Shown in pieces: positions 28,942 through 42,478 of a DNA stretch of 64,000 nucleotides; position 1 is the stretch's first letter; the number at the start of each line of letters is the position of its first letter. The position numbers were made by a program, and so were the translations under genes. The stretch lies in assembly GCF_009914755.1 (NCBI RefSeq), contig NC_060944.1; one strand, given 5' to 3'. This DNA is from the human T2T-CHM13v2.0 reference genome, Homo sapiens. The notes beneath the pieces are model-generated. The model was not told the DNA's origin, did no database searches, and saw nothing but the letters and a program-made list of their open reading frames with translations.

Positions 28942-29149
28942 CTGTGATGTCCAATACAGTAGTGGCCAGCCACATGTGACAATTAAATTCTAATTAATTA
29001 AAATTAAATGCAATTAACAATTTAGTTCCTCAATCACACTATTTACATTTCTATTGTTCAGCAGCCACATGTGACAATTGGTTTATGGAACTGGATGGTG
29101 CTGACTAGAACCCTTCAATCGTCCCAGAACATTCTGTGTAACAGCCCTG
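28942..29149. mobile_element. MER3
   Basis: TGTCCAATACAGTAGTGGCCAGCCACATGTG...TTTAGTTCCTCAATCACACTA...AGCCACATGTG. Confidence 0.78.
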
Positions 29150-31072
29150 ATCTATAATGATCACGGATTTCTTAGGTAATTGAACATATTTTTCAATATG
29201 TCTCAAGGCAGCAGCAGAGAAGAAAGGGCTGTTTGAAGCCAGGTTTGCCCCATGCAGGCCGAAAGGTGAAGGTGCAAGGGGGAATCAGAGAGGACCTCTT
29301 CCCCGGCACAGAAACTCGGTGGAGAAACCACAGAACAGTGGACTGACAGGTTCGGCTCAACTTCCCTTGGGCTGGGCCCCTTCATGGTCCATGATGGTGG
29401 CAGCCTTACCCTTCTGCATCTCATCCCAACACCACAACTTCCAGAGGCCAAGTGAGCAAGGCGATGTTCCCATGAGCCTCTAGGCAGCCTCCCTTCATGT
29501 CTCACTGGCTGGAATTGCCTCAAATTCTCATGCCTGGAACCCACTGCTTAGTAGAGTGGGATTGCCACAACTGACTTACACAGATCAGGATTCACACTTG
29601 AGCTGGGAGTAGGGTCGCTTCTCCTGAGGAGGAGCTACCTGAAGTTAATGAGCATTCTCAGTGAGGAAGAAGGAAGAATGGGAATGTTCACTGAACAACC
29701 AACAGTGTCCACTACTGACAGCAAGTGATGGAAAACTCAGTACAGTCTGACTTGATTTAAAAGCAAAGTGTGAGTTCACCCAGTGGCATCAGATGCAGCT
29801 CAATTCCAGATTCGAACAATGTCACTAAGATTGGCGTCTTGGCTTACAAAATGGCAGCAGCAGCTACGGATCTCACATGCTCACCAACATCTGATAAAAG
29901 AGAGGGAGCTGATAGCCGCAGCAAACATCTCTGCATGTGTTATTGACTTTAATTGGGTGGCTCAATCCCTGGGTCACTGAGTGACCCTGAACCAATCATG
30001 GAAGCCTTGAGGCACTCTCGATGTAATGAGCTTAGAGTGGGGGAGGGGAGGTCCCAGAGACATTTATTGCACTTTTTACTAGGAGCAGAGAAGAGCAGAT
30101 GATGGGCTTCCAATGGTAGATTCCACTACAAGATAGCAACCCAGTGGCAAGCTCAGGAAAGGCCAAGACTTGGAGGCTGCATCATTCCCCTTCCTGAGGG
30201 TAGGGTCTGCTTTGGATATGGACACATGTTGCCAATTACAGGGGACAGAGAGAGTGGAAAGAGTGAGCAGAGAAAGAGCTAAAGACTTTGTTTCTAAATT
30301 AAACCAAGGTGGAATTCCCAGGAGCCACCAGAGCAAGGAAAGAAGAAAAGAACACCTCCTTGAGCTGCCCCTCAGTGAAAGGGCCTATTTCTATGAGTGT
30401 TTGTCTAACCTTTTCTTTAACCAGGAAATCACAATGGGATTAGCAATTTTCTGCAAAGAAACTCTTCGGTGACTTCTCTGGGAACAAATTTACATGGCAC
30501 CCAATGCAAGCTGCATTATGTTTTTCCATCAGTGGATTATGCATGCCTACAAAGATATCTCTCTATATGCTTCTCTGTATGTTTCTACCTCGAGATTCAG
30601 CCTCTGCTTCTCTGTGTTTATCAATTTATCTCCCTTTTATCCATCCACCCATTCATTCATCTGTCTGCCCATCCATCCACCCAAATTTTCTGTCTGCCTT
30701 TATATTACACTTTCATTGATTTTCATCGAGGTTGAGGGTCTTTGAGGGATGGTTGATTATTCTCTTCCCCTTGCTCTGCTTGGCCCCCAAGCAGACTACT
30801 CTATGCCTGGATTCTTCACATTGAGAGCTGAAGTCAGACTGTGAATCATTGATTCAGCCAATGTTCACCGGGCATCCGCCATATGCAGGCTCAGTGCTAG
30901 GGGCTGAGGACGTAGAATCATGGAGCTCGCAGACTAATAAAGGAGATGACATTGATCAAATAACCATGGGGATAAATGCCAAATTGCAACCATAAGAGAA
31001 GCTGCAGAGGGGATGTGACAGAGGCCATCCCACAAGTGCTCACCTCACAGAGACTCGCCATGTGCATTCCAC

Positions 31073-31105
<33 letters not shown>

Positions 31106-32284
31106 CCTGCTGGGCCCCATGGCAGAATGGCACAGGGGACCCTCCCTCCAATCCTGTCAGTCCCTCTGCCCTTTAAGCAAACTCGAAAGCTTTCATGCAT
31201 GTTTTTGGTAGGACACTGACCCTAAAAGCAGCTACCTCATGAGGAGCTCAGCTCTTCAGGGGAGTAGAGCATGGGAGAGGTCATGGCTGGGGGCCTCACA
31301 CTCAGTGACCACTCTAGGGCCCGGAGCCCCTCACTCTTTCTGGGCTGGCCCTCCCAAGAGATGACATGTGGATCTCTAAGTAGAAAGCTCCTAAGGAATT
31401 TTCTGTGCAGCTTTTGCCTTACCTGCTCTGGGGAGACATCTCTGCAGGGGGATTGGATCCAGCCAGTGATGCTTACGCCTACGGTGGGAGGATACAAATG
31501 TGAACGAGGCTCAGGGAGAGGAAAGCCTTCCAGGAGAGGGAAAGGTGTGTGCAAAGACCTTGTGGCTGGTGTGAACAGAGCAGGTTCAAGGGGCAGGAGG
31601 CTGGCAGGGCTGAAAGCAGACTAAGCGGGGAGATGTGGTACATGAGGAGTTGGAAGTTTGGCAGGGCTGGACCAGCAGGGTCTGGACGACTCCGGATGGG
31701 ATTTCATTCCACGCTCAAAGAGCCACGGGGGATTATGAAAGGTTTTAAACAGGGAGGACCTTGATCAATTTTTGTAGCCAACTTCAAATATCACAGGGTG
31801 TTCCAGATAGGCCCATCCTGCTCATTAACATCGCCACCCCCACCCGCATATCATTGGCCAAAACAAGTCACAGGAAATTGCTGCATGCAGAGGGTGTGAG
31901 TGCACCTTCCCCCGTGGAAGGGCACTGCAGGGAAGGATGGGAACATGAGGCTAACGGCCTGTCGCAGAGAGTCTGGGATGGGGATAGAGGGAGCAAGAGG
32001 AAGACAAAAAGACCACAACTGAGAAGAGAAGGAGAGGTCGAGCAGCCACCTGTCCCCTGGGACTTTGTGGACTGGCAGACCTGTCTGCGGAAAGTTGTGC
32101 AAAGTTTTGCTGCTTGATACGTTGAATAACCTCCTTAATCCTTAGGAAGCCCTACTGGGGATAAATGTGCCTTTTCAAGGATTTGGGGGTTTTGTTTGTA
32201 TTTCCTTTGAGTCCAGTGCCATGCTGACGCCAGCTCAAAGGTGCAAGTTGGAACTCCCAGGTTAATTTGGGACAGAAATAATAA

Positions 32285-32433
32285 TCTGATCTCATCTTAA
32301 TTTAACTGATTAAATCAGCAACAACCCTATTTCTACGTAAGGTCACATTCTAAGAAACTGAGGGTTAGGACTTCAGCATATAAATATGGTGGGGGTTGGG
32401 GGAAGGCCAGGGAACACAATTCAACCCATAACA
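32285..32433 (-). mobile_element. MLT1 (A/B-like) LTR fragment
   Basis: TAAGGTCACATTCTAAG...AGGGTTAGGACTTCAGCATAT...ACACAATTCAACCCATAACA. Confidence 0.78.
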
Positions 32434-32486
32434 AATGGTAATTGCTAAAGGGCATTAGCGTATGTGCTGTGAGGGGTATAGCATGG

Positions 32487-33012
32487 CAGCCCCTCATTAT
32501 TCTTGGGGGATACATTCCAAGACCCCCAGTGGATGTCTGAAACCATGGATAGCACTCAACTTTATCTATTCTATGTTTTTCCTACACAGACATACCTATG
32601 ATAGAGGTTAATTTATAAATTAGGCAGAGTAAGTAATTAGTAATATAGAATAATTAAACAATATACTGCAGTGTCACTATTCCTGTGCTTTGGGGCCATT
32701 TTTAAGTAAATAAGTAAGGATTCCTTGAACACAAGCACTGGGATGCCGTGACAGTCGATCTGATCACCCAGATGGCCACGGAGTGACTAACGTGCAGGGA
32801 CAGCGGGGGTCCGCAGGACAAAGGGATGATTCATGTCCCCGGCAGGATGAAGCAGAAGGATGCAAGATTTCATCAAGATACTCACAAGGGTACACAATTT
32901 AAAACTTATGAATTTTTTATTTCTGGAATTTTCCATTGCATATTTTCAGACTGTGGTTGACCATGGGTAATTGACATCTCAGAAAGCAAAACCATGGATA
33001 AAGGGGGACTAC
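32487..33012 (-). mobile_element. MER44B-like (TcMar-Tigger)
   Basis: GGGGGATACATTCCAAGACCCCCAGTGGATG...TTTCTGGAATTTTCCAT...ACCATGGATAAAGGGGGACTAC. Confidence 0.85.
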
Positions 33013-33840
33013 CCTGCATCTCACTTCACCTCCACAAAACCCCTAGACATGTGTTACTATTACAGCTGGGGAAACGGAGGCTCAGAGAATTATTTGTCCA
33101 GGACTTGTAAATTACTTAAGGGCAAGGAGGGTTTGCACCTCCTTGGGCCTCAGCTTCCCCATCTGTAAAAGGGAGATGACACAGTTCTCCCTCAGTAGAA
33201 CTGTTATGAGGATTGAATGAATGCAGACTGGCCATCCCCTGAGGTCTGTGTCTGGCCCGCAGTAAGTGCTGTTCAATAACAAATGTGGCTATGTCCCAGA
33301 GCAAGGGAGAAACCTGAGAAAGTCAAAGCAGTACAGCTGGCCAGGGTGGCAGCCCCGCATCCCATAGACCACATGGGATCAGCCTGTGCGTGTGGTTTGG
33401 CCCCTAGTGGTTTCCTGACATTTAAAAACGGAAAGACTTCACCCAAGAATGTAAATTTCTGGTTTTGATTGAAGAATCCAGGAGATCTGGCACCATTCCC
33501 AGCACCCGCCTGTCCACCGGCTGCCCTGGAGCCTGAGGCCCTGCGGGGCCTTAACCTGTAATGGGATTTTGTAGCTCCTCCTCCATCTCTTTAAAAATAC
33601 TTGCAGCCTCAGAAGTCCCAGCACCACAGGGACCACTTCTTCCTGTCTTGCTGTCCCCCACTCTGGGCGGCCCCCACAGTCGGCCTCTCTCTCACTGGGA
33701 GGCAGGGCCCAGCCAGCTCTCCTGGCTCCCTTCACCCCTTGCCCCCCAGGTAAACCCCACATCCTGGTGGATTGACTCAGGGAAGGAAGTTCCAACAACT
33801 CCCTCTTTTTTCTTCTTTCCTTCCTTTTTCTCTTTTTAAA

Positions 33841-34116
33841 TGTGTGTGTGTGTGTGTATGTGTGTGGTGTGTGTGTATGTGTGTGTATGTGTGTGTATGT
33901 GTGTGTATGTGTGTGGTGTGTGTATGTGTGTGGTGTGTGTGTATATGTGTGTGTGTGGTGTGTGTGTATGTGTATGTATGTGTGTGTATGCATGTGTGTG
34001 TGTATGTGTGTGGTGTGTGGTGTGTGTGGTGTGTGTGTATATGTGTGTGTGTGTTGTGTGTGTGTATGTGTGTGTGTGTGTATGCGTGTGTGTGTGTGTA
34101 TGTGTGTGTGTATGTG
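33841..34116. repeat. Long compound (TG)n/TA/TGG microsatellite (~275 bp)
   Basis: Direct inspection. Confidence 0.97.
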
Positions 34117-35061
34117 TTCCCAGGCTTCCTTGGCTCCTAATTTACATCTGCTCGATTTTATCACATTGTGACAGCAAAATGTGCAAAAAAATTAGTAGAA
34201 CTGAAACCAAATGTGCAGTGAGAGTGCTTTCCAGAGAGGTCCTGCTGCCCCTCCCAGAGTTCAGAGCCCCACTCCGGGTTTCTGCAAATGTCAGCCCAGG
34301 TGGGGTGGTGTCCGCAGCTCTGGGTGCGAGGGTGTCTGTGGATAGAAGAGGCAGGAGCTGGAATCCAAGCATTTTAGAGCTACCGGGATGTTTAGGGGTA
34401 TTGCTACAACCTTGGCAATTTGAAAGGGAGAAACCGAGACCTGGAGAGATGACAAAACTTGTCATATATTCCCCAAAGAGAAAAGGCTGGCAGAGGAAAG
34501 AGCCCAATACTTGATCAGTTTCCTATAGATTTCTTTCCTGTTTTATATGAGGTTGAGGTTTCTTTCAGAGAAATTCCTTTCAATCTGTTTTTGCTTTGGG
34601 GTCAGACAGATCTGTGTTAAAACTAGCTATGTCACTGTAAGATCCTGCATAACTTATTTAACCATCCTGAACATCGGTTTCTTCATCGACGAAATGAGAG
34701 AAATAAAGGCTACCCTAAAAACCTTATCATTAGTTGCCCAGGAAGGATGAGTTTGACTGCGAGTGATAGAAACCCAGGGGCTGGCTGAGCTGGATGGTGG
34801 GGTGCAGAGCAGAAGACGCCAAGTCCTCCAGCGGGAGCCTCCAGCAACCTTTCAGCAAATACTTACTGAGCATCTGTTACATCCCAGGCATTGTCCTAGG
34901 CCTGGAGGACACAGGTGCTGTCCTGCTGTCATGCAATCAAAGAACACGTGTCGAATGCCTGTGTGGGCAGAGCACTAGGTGGCCCTGGGGGAAGCTTTGA
35001 GGCTAGAGGGGAGGAGAAGTGCGCCGGCCGAGAAGGTGAGAACTGTGAGCTTAGACTGGGC

Positions 35062-35297
35062 TAGTGGTTCTCAAACAGGGGCAGCTTTGTCTTCCCACCC
35101 CCTCTCCCCGCACACTTGACAATATCTGGAGACATTTTTGGTTCTCAAAATTGGGATGAGGAGGTGGGGCTTTGCTAATGACCTCTAGCGGGTGGAGGAC
35201 AGGGATGCTGTTAGACACCCTGCAATGCCAGGACAGCTCTCACTACGAAGAATTAACCTGTCCCAAATGTCAGTAGTGCTGGAGGAGAACAACCCTG
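35062..35297 (+). mobile_element. MER20
   Basis: AGTGGTTCTCAAACAGGGGC...AATATCTGGAGACATTTTTGG...CAGGGATGCTG...AAATGTCAGTAGTGC...AACCCTG. Confidence 0.88.
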
Positions 35298-36233
35298 AAC
35301 TAGGGAAGGGCAGTGGGGCTGGAGAGAAGGGGGTGGATTGGAGGGAGAATTTTTCCTTGAAATAAATGGGACACGAGCCGGGTGTGAGGCTGTCCGTGTT
35401 TGGGTTGTGCTTGTGTGGTGTCCTTGTTTACTCAGCTTGCTTTCTGCTTCTTTGAAAAATACCAGCGGCAGGAACTCCAGGAGCAGATCCTCCAGGGCCC
35501 CCATCTAACCTCCCGCTGCAAGGGGCAGGCCTGCTCCCCACACCATTCTGGGCTGCAGGGGAACAGACACTGGCAAATGTTTTTTAGAGCCAAACTCCGG
35601 TCTTGTTTTTCAGGTTAAAATAAAATGGAGAGGGGCAGGCAGTTGATGGCTTATTAAAGAACCTCTTGATCTTTCTGTTTCCGTGAAAAGGTGCTTGTCT
35701 CTCTTGAAATGAATGTGTCTGCCTTTGCTAAGGGAAAGAGGGGAAAACGCCCTGAAACCACATTCCAGGGTGAGACTGGAAACTTTCTTATTAATTCCCC
35801 CAAAAAACATGAACCCAAGCAACCACTAAAAACCCAACCCAGAGTTAAGAAAATTCAATAAGTGGCTTTTAGGAAAATAAAAAAATAAAGGCGAAAACCC
35901 CAAACAGGAAATAAACCCATTAAGTGGAGCGTTTTGGTAGATTTGATCTTCGCCTGGAACCAGAAGCCAAAGACCTGGCCCCTTCCCTGCAATTACTCAC
36001 GGTATCTGGGCCCAGGCAAATAACTGCATCATTCATTCAGCATTCACTTGGGGCTATGACGTGCCAGGATCCAGGCAGGAAACTGATGGCACAGGGCAGG
36101 CAACCCGTCCCTGTCTTCATGGAGAAGGTATTTGTTAGTCATCCAACAAACATGGCACCCACTGCCTTACTTATGACTCTGAAGTTCTCTTGCTCAGTCA
36201 TTTGCTGGCTTGTGTCTTTCGTGGCTCTCTCCA

Positions 36234-36795
36234 TGTGGAAAGCCAATTCCAAGGTGCCACCACCTCCTGCTATTCATGTCCTGTAAGAGCTTCTCCCCTT
36301 TAGTGTAGGCTGGCCTAGGGACTTGCTTCTAGCCAGTAGAAGATTCTAGCCAACAGTAGCTTCCAGCCACCTTGCATAGGGCAAAGTGATGAAATATCAC
36401 TTCCATTATTAGGTTATGAAAGATTGTGACTTTCATCTTCCTAGTAGACTCTCTCTATGGCCTTCTAGCCTTGCATGCTTTGAGGAAACAGTTTGCCAGA
36501 AAGGCCTGTGTGGCAAGGAACTGAGGGGGGCCTCCAACCAGTGGCCAGAAAGAACATGATGACTTCAGTCCAACAACCCAGGAGGAACTGAATCTTGCCA
36601 ACAACCACTGAGTGAGCGTGGAAGTGGATCCTCTCCAGTCAAGCCCTCAGATGAGACCTCATCCCTGCATGACACTTTGATGACAGCCTTGTGAAACACC
36701 CTGCAAAGTGGACACAGCTAAATTCTGCCCAGTTTCCTGACCCGCAAAGACTGTAAGATAACACATGTGTGTTGTTTTGAGTTGCTACATTTGCT
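36234..36795 (+). mobile_element. MLT1E/F-like MaLR LTR
   Basis: GTGGCAAGGAACTGAGG...GAGGAACTGAATCTTGCCAACAACCAC...AGCCCTCAGATGAGAC...TTCCTGACCC. Confidence 0.8.
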
Positions 36796-37729
36796 GGAAA
36801 GGACTGTGTCCCTGTTTCTGGGGCAATGCCTGTACACAGAAGATGCTCAGCAAATGTTTGAGGAGTAAATGAATGAGGAGTTTATGCCATGCCCATTGCC
36901 TGGCAGTGAGGGTGCAGTAACGGACAAACGCCGCCCCTGACTTCTCAAACTTAAAATCTGGCAGAGGAATTAGGCCTGGTTATTCCTATGTTTCTCTCCC
37001 AACAGATTCAAGGACATGATAAAGAATTATAAGCCTAGAGAAAAGAGTAGCAAATTCTGATCTCAGTCCACGGGTTGAGGTGAGGCTATGGGAAGTACGA
37101 TGGAGGAATGAGGGTTTAATTCAATGAGGATGAAGTAGCTACTATGGGTCTGCATGTGGGAGATCAAAGGGCAGAACAAAATCGTTCTTCTCCACCTGGG
37201 AATTTCTAATTAATACTACAGAGGACAGCATCAGGAAAGAAAAAAAACACTTTAATAATGAAGAAAACCACTGAAGCACAAACAATGGAAGCAAAGAACA
37301 CCTGGGTTTAAAGCCCAGCTAAGCCATTTCTAGCTGTGCAACACAGAGCAGGTTCTTTGCCTCTCTGATCCCTGATTTTCTCACCCGTAAAAATCAGCAA
37401 CCTGCTGATAGGGTTATTGAGGGCAGGAGAGACCATGCCTGTAAAATGCTTTAAGGCATTTCTCAGCACAGAGGAGGTGCTTAGTACATAGGAACTGTGG
37501 GGACCACCCGAGGGAGACCAAGGGTGACGTGGAGCAGTGGAGGTGGCAGTAAGGGTTGTTCCATTCATTGCTTTCTTTGAGAGTTTATACCCTTTCTGAT
37601 CCTTTATTTGCATTTTGGTTGGAACCTGCAGTGGGAGAAATGGTGAACATTGGTGATTAACCCACCATCTTTACCCAGAAGTCCTTTCTCTTTGGAAAAT
37701 GGTTTTCTCTTGATGTTATGGTCCAGCGT

Positions 37730-38690
37730 TCCCACAGTCTCCTCCCCGGGCTGCTCCTTCTCTGTCTCCTATGGACTGAGGGTTTACACATTGGCTTTCA
37801 GGTCCAGTCAGGGAACCTCCATTCCTCTCACTCTCACTTGCCTCAGTGGTTTTACCTGCGACCGTGGCTCCAAGTTCCACCTCTGTACTGTGACTCTCAA
37901 ACACACACATGTGCCTAGGGCTTTCCTCCAGGCTCTAAACTATCTGTCCAACAGCCTGCCTGATGTGCCCACTGGGTGGGTCAAATGCATTTCCGACCCA
38001 GTGTCCTCTAAAACCACACTCATGATTCTGTCCTCCCTGACATTTCCAGCTGCCCAGCTCTGTGACAGAATCCATATCCATCCTGGTGAGGCAGCCAGGA
38101 TCTGAGGAGGGGTCTCAGCCCCTTCCTCTCCTCCCCACGTCCAGTTCATCACCAGATCCTCTTGTTTTTTCATCAGACCTTGAATCCATGCACCCGGGTC
38201 CTTCTCTTCCTCTGCCACTTAGCTGGAAGCATTCAGCTGGGACTGCACAGTCACCTCCTTGCCCTCTGTCCATCCTCTCCCACCAGAGCAGCAGAATGAT
38301 CTTTTCACCATAAACATCAGATAAGGTGACCCCCCTGCAAAAATCCCAGCAATGTTTCCCGTTGCTTTTAGGATAAACACCAGACTCCTGGGAAAAATCA
38401 AACTCCTTTTAAGGGTCCATAAATTCCTGCACAATCCACCTCTGCCTATGTCTTCAGCCTCATGGGAAGCTACCCTCCTGCTCCCTGCTGGGTTCTAAAG
38501 GCACTGGGCTCCCTTCTGAAGGGCAGTCCTGAAGGCACCCACCCCTCCTTCGCCCCAGCCACCTTCTCTTAGTTGACTCTTCCTTCAGTTCTCAGCTCAG
38601 CCTTAACTCCCTAATGGAGCCCTCCCTGACTAGGTCAAATCCCCTCTCCTAGGACAGCGTGCATCTCCTATCAGTCGCACACCATCGTGA
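37730..38690 (+). mobile_element. L2 fragment(s)
   Basis: TCCAACAGCCTGCCTGATGTGCCCACTGGG; CCACCAGAGCAGCAGAATGATCTTTT; GTTGCTTTTAGGATAAAC. Confidence 0.65.
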
Positions 38691-38697
38691 TATTTCT

Positions 38698-39401
38698 TTC
38701 TTTCTTTTGTTTTTTTATTATACTTTAAGTTCTAGGGTACATGTGCACAACGTGCAGGTTTGTTACATAGGTATACATGTGCCATGTTGGTTTGCTGCAC
38801 CCATCAACTAGTCATTTACATTAGCTATTTCTCCTAATTCTATCCCTCCCCTAGCCTCCCACCCCCTCAACAGGCCCTGGTGTGTGATGTTCCCCACCCT
38901 GTGTCCATGTGTACTTATTGTTCAATTCCCACCTATGAGTGAGAACATGCAGTGTTTGGTTTTCTGTCCTTGTGATAGTTTGCTCAGAATGGTTTCCAGC
39001 TTCATCCACATCTCTGTAAAGGACATGAACTCATCCTTTTTTATGGCTGCAAAGTATTCCATGATGCCACATTTTCTTAATCCAGTCTATCATTGATGGA
39101 CATTTGGGTTGATTCCAAGTCTTTGCTATTGTGAATAGTGCCACAATAAACACACGTGTGCATGTGTCTTTATAGTAGCATGCTTTATAATCCTTTGGGT
39201 ATATACGCAGTAATGGGATCGCTGGGTCAAATGGTATTTCTAGTTCTAGATCCTTGAGGAATCGCCGCACTGTCTTCCACAATGGTTGAAATAATTTACA
39301 TTCCCACCAACAGTGTGAAAGCGTTCCTGTTTCTCCACATCCTCTCCAGCATCTGTTGTTTCCTGGCTTTTTAATGATTCCCATTCTAACTGGCCTGAGA
39401 T
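38698..39401 (-). mobile_element. 5'-truncated L1PA (L1PA6/7-like) 3' end including the ORF2p C-terminus
   Basis: TTATTATACTTTAAGTTCTAGGGTACATGTGCAC end; ORF 39031-39438 gives [23 protein letters not shown]...TIAKTWNQPKCPS; TSD ACACCATC(G/T)TG(A/G)TATTTCT at 38679-38697 and 39402-39420. Confidence 0.95.
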
Positions 39402-39994
39402 ACACCATCTTGGTATTTCTATTGTTATTTGCACACATGATCCATCAGCATCTTTCCCCCACGAGACAGTAAACACCATGAGGGCAGAGATGGGGATCTC
39501 TGGATCCCTAACAATGAGCATAGATCAAGTCCAAGGTTGATGCTGAAACAGAACAAAAGAGTTAAACAATGTGCAAGAAATACAAAATAATAGTAAAATA
39601 TAAAAAGCATGAATCACTGTAGTCTTTGGTGTCAGGAGAGCTCCCCAGTGTTGGGATTGTGCCCAAATGGAAGCTGGGGCAGCAAGGCCTTCCGCATCCT
39701 TGAGTGAGCCCCAGGGCTGTGGAGGTATAGCTGCAGCTCTAGACAAAAGCCAGGTGAGCTCTCCCCAGGTGTTCACTGCATCCACCATCACCGATTATTT
39801 CCTTGGCACCCACTCAAAGCTCCCTGCAAGTCAGGACTCTGCCCCTGTTGAAGCTTGAAAACATGCAGCATTAGCCTTGGGAAAAGGTGGGGAGAACTAT
39901 CTGTCTATGAACCCTCCATGTAGCAGGGTGGAAGCCCGTCTGGGACACAAGAGAGCATGGAGGCTGTGGAGCTGGGTTCACAGTCTTGGCACTA

Positions 39995-40187
39995 TTGATG
40001 TTGGGTTGCATCATTATCTGTGGTGGGGGCTGTCCTGGACGTTGTAGAATGTTGAGCAGAGTCCCTGATCTCTATGCACTGGTCATCAGTAGAAGCCCCC
40101 TGTAGTGACAAGCAAAAATGTCTCCAGACATTTCCAAATGTCCCAGGGTAGGGGGCAAAATCATGCCGGGTTGAGAACGACCATTCT
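39995..40187 (-). mobile_element. MER20
   Basis: GGGGGCTGTCCTGGACGTTGTAGAATGTTGAGCAG...AAAATGTCTCCAGACATTTCCAAATGTCCC...GGTTGAGAAC. Confidence 0.87.
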
Positions 40188-40994
40188 GGAGAGTGGACCT
40201 CATTGACTGATTGATTCATTCATTCATTCCCGAGCTCCTACTGTGTGCCAAGCTCTCAGGATGCTGCAGGGAACAAGGCAGGAAGATCTCTGCCTTTTGA
40301 GAGCTTATAGTGGAGCAGGGGAGACAAGCAGACAAATAAATGCCCAAGATGAGTGCAGAGGGTGGTGAGCATCTGGGATGTGATGACAGTGCATCCGCTC
40401 CAGGAGCAGGTGCCGTGAGTGTCTTCTCACTGCTTTCCCCAGTGCCTAGCACAGAACAAGTGCCCAATAAAAATATACTGCCTGAACGACTCCCTGAAAT
40501 AATCCATTGTTAGCTGCCAAAAGGGGCTGCTTTGGATAGGGTGGTTAGAGAAATTCCTCCTGGGGAGGCAGATTCACAGCTGATAACTGAATAGTGAGAA
40601 TGAGCCACTGTGCAAAGACCTAGGGGGAAGAGTGTTCCAGGCTGTAAAAGCAGCATGTGTTTTGTTCCAGGTCTGGAGGGGGTTTGGTTTGTTCCGGGTG
40701 CTTATGTGTAATGTACTTGCCCCTCATTCACCTGGCTAAGTGCCAAGTGTCTGCTGGTTTCAGCTCAAACCCGGCTTCTTCTGGAACCCACCAGCCTGGA
40801 GGTGGCTCTGACAGGCACCCCCACAGTATTCTGTTCTTCTCCTTGAGTGTCCTGAGCACATGCCAAGCAGTTCTCCTATGTCTCACTGGATGGTGAGGTT
40901 GCTGGGGCCAGAGGGCCAGAGGCCACATCTGTTTCTCTTCACCATTGGAGCCGCAGCTTCAAGACTGTGTGCCTGGTATGCTCAGTGAGCACAT

Positions 40995-41346
40995 GATGAA
41001 TAAATGGATGGATAATGGATGGATGATGGATGGAAGATGAATGGATGGTTGCATGGATGATGAATGGATGGATGGATGGTTGGTTGGATGGATGGATGGA
41101 TGATGGATGGATGGTGGATGGATGGATGGATGAATGGATGGATGGATGTTTGGTTAGATGCATGGATGGTTGGATGGATGGATGGATGGATGATTGGATA
41201 GAAGATGGATGGATGGATGCATAGATGGATGCATGGATGATTGGATAGATGATGGATGGATGGATGCATAGATGGATGCATGGATGATTGGTTGGATGGA
41301 TGAATGGTTCGGTGGATGATGGATGGATGGATGGATGATGGATGGA
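40995..41346. repeat. Degenerate (GGAT)n tetranucleotide array adjoining an L2 3' end
   Basis: Direct inspection; preceded by L2 terminal motif GTGCCTGG...CTCAGTGA. Confidence 0.95.
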
Positions 41347-41644
41347 CTGGAAAGAGCCTATGTGAAACCCAAGCTTCTGAGAACCAAGAAAGTCCAAAGG
41401 TGACTCAAGAAAGAGAATAAGTCTCTTGGACTTTTAAACTCAACAACCTGTGCTCCATTCCCCAACCTGAGCCCAAGTCCCCAAGTTCTTGCTCCACATT
41501 CACTGGCAGATGCCAAGAGCTGAGATTAGTTTCAAGAAGAAGACAGGAAGTTGATGTCATCCTACCATTAAGGAGTGATTCAGAGAACAGGTTTTTGGTT
41601 GCCACAGCAACTTTAAGTATCAGAGCTCTCTCTATAGACTTTGG

Positions 41645-41645
<1 letters not shown>

Positions 41646-41677
<32 letters not shown>
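41646..41677. repeat. (TG)16 microsatellite
   Basis: Pure TG run. Confidence 0.96.
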
Positions 41678-41680
<3 letters not shown>

Positions 41681-41709
41681 AGGGATGGGGAGACTAGCAC
41701 TCTTAAGTT

Positions 41710-41925
41710 CAGACAAACATTGAGACGACAGGATGTGAGCTGTCTATTAGATCTTGAAGGGTGTTGTCAAGGGGAGAAGCTGAACTTGTTTTCCAAATCC
41801 CAAAGTATTAAACCTCAAGGGCTTAGTTTGAGGGCAAATAAATATCTATCAAGTGGCAAGCTCACAAAATCCAGCATTCAAGAGAGCCTTGAAATGGAAG
41901 TTAATACTTCCAGTTTGGAGAGGTA
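41710..41925 (+). mobile_element. L3/CR1 LINE relic
   Basis: AGCTGTCTATTAGATCTTGAAGGGTGTTGTCAAGGGGAGAAGCTGAACTTGTT resembles the L3 3' ORF2 region. Confidence 0.45.
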
Positions 41926-42288
41926 GCACAATAAGGCAGAAAAGAGGTGGGCTTGGAGACATGCAGATGAGATTTTAAATCCCTGACTTTGTCTCTTATT
42001 ATTGATCTGGCCTTGGCCAGGACATAAGTCTGCCAAATCTGTTTCTACATTTGTAAAATGTGTAAAATGAGAGTAACTCCCTCTTAAGGTAATAAGGATC
42101 GAGTGGGTCACAGTGGGAGGCAGGGACTGCATGTGCAGAGGCCTTGTGGGGACTTGGGAAGCATTTCTGGTGAGTGAGGGAGACCAGTGTGAGACTGGCT
42201 AGAGTGATTGGCAGGAGCTGGACCATGAAGGGACACATGGGGCTCAACTGTGGTTGATGGTGGAGGGATTGGGCTGCATCTTAAAAAC

Positions 42289-42478
42289 ACAGTTCTCAAA
42301 ATATAGAGCCAGGCCCAGCATCACCATCATCCTCTAGGAACTTGCTGGAAATGCAGATTCTCAGGTCCCACCCCAGACCTTCAGAATCAGAAACTCTTGG
42401 GGGTGGAGCCCAGAAATCTGTTTTAACGAGCCCTCCAGTGCATCCATTTGATGCACTTCTGAGTTTGCAAAGCACTGC
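42289..42478 (+). mobile_element. MER5A
   Basis: CAGTTCTCAAA...GGAACTTGCTGGAAATGCAGATTCTCAGGTCCCACCCCAGACC...TTTTAACGAGCCCTCCAG...AGCACTG. Confidence 0.88.

Noticed and set aside
33439-34514. Long ORFs of 241 and 224 aa (HT-rich and CV-rich)
   Set aside because: Translations of the (TG)n/(CA)n tract.
39031-39438. 135-aa ORF with real protein homology
   Set aside because: C-terminus of L1 ORF2p in a truncated L1PA; not a host gene.
40939-41397. HPSI/MDGW-repeat ORFs
   Set aside because: Translations of the (GGAT)n array.
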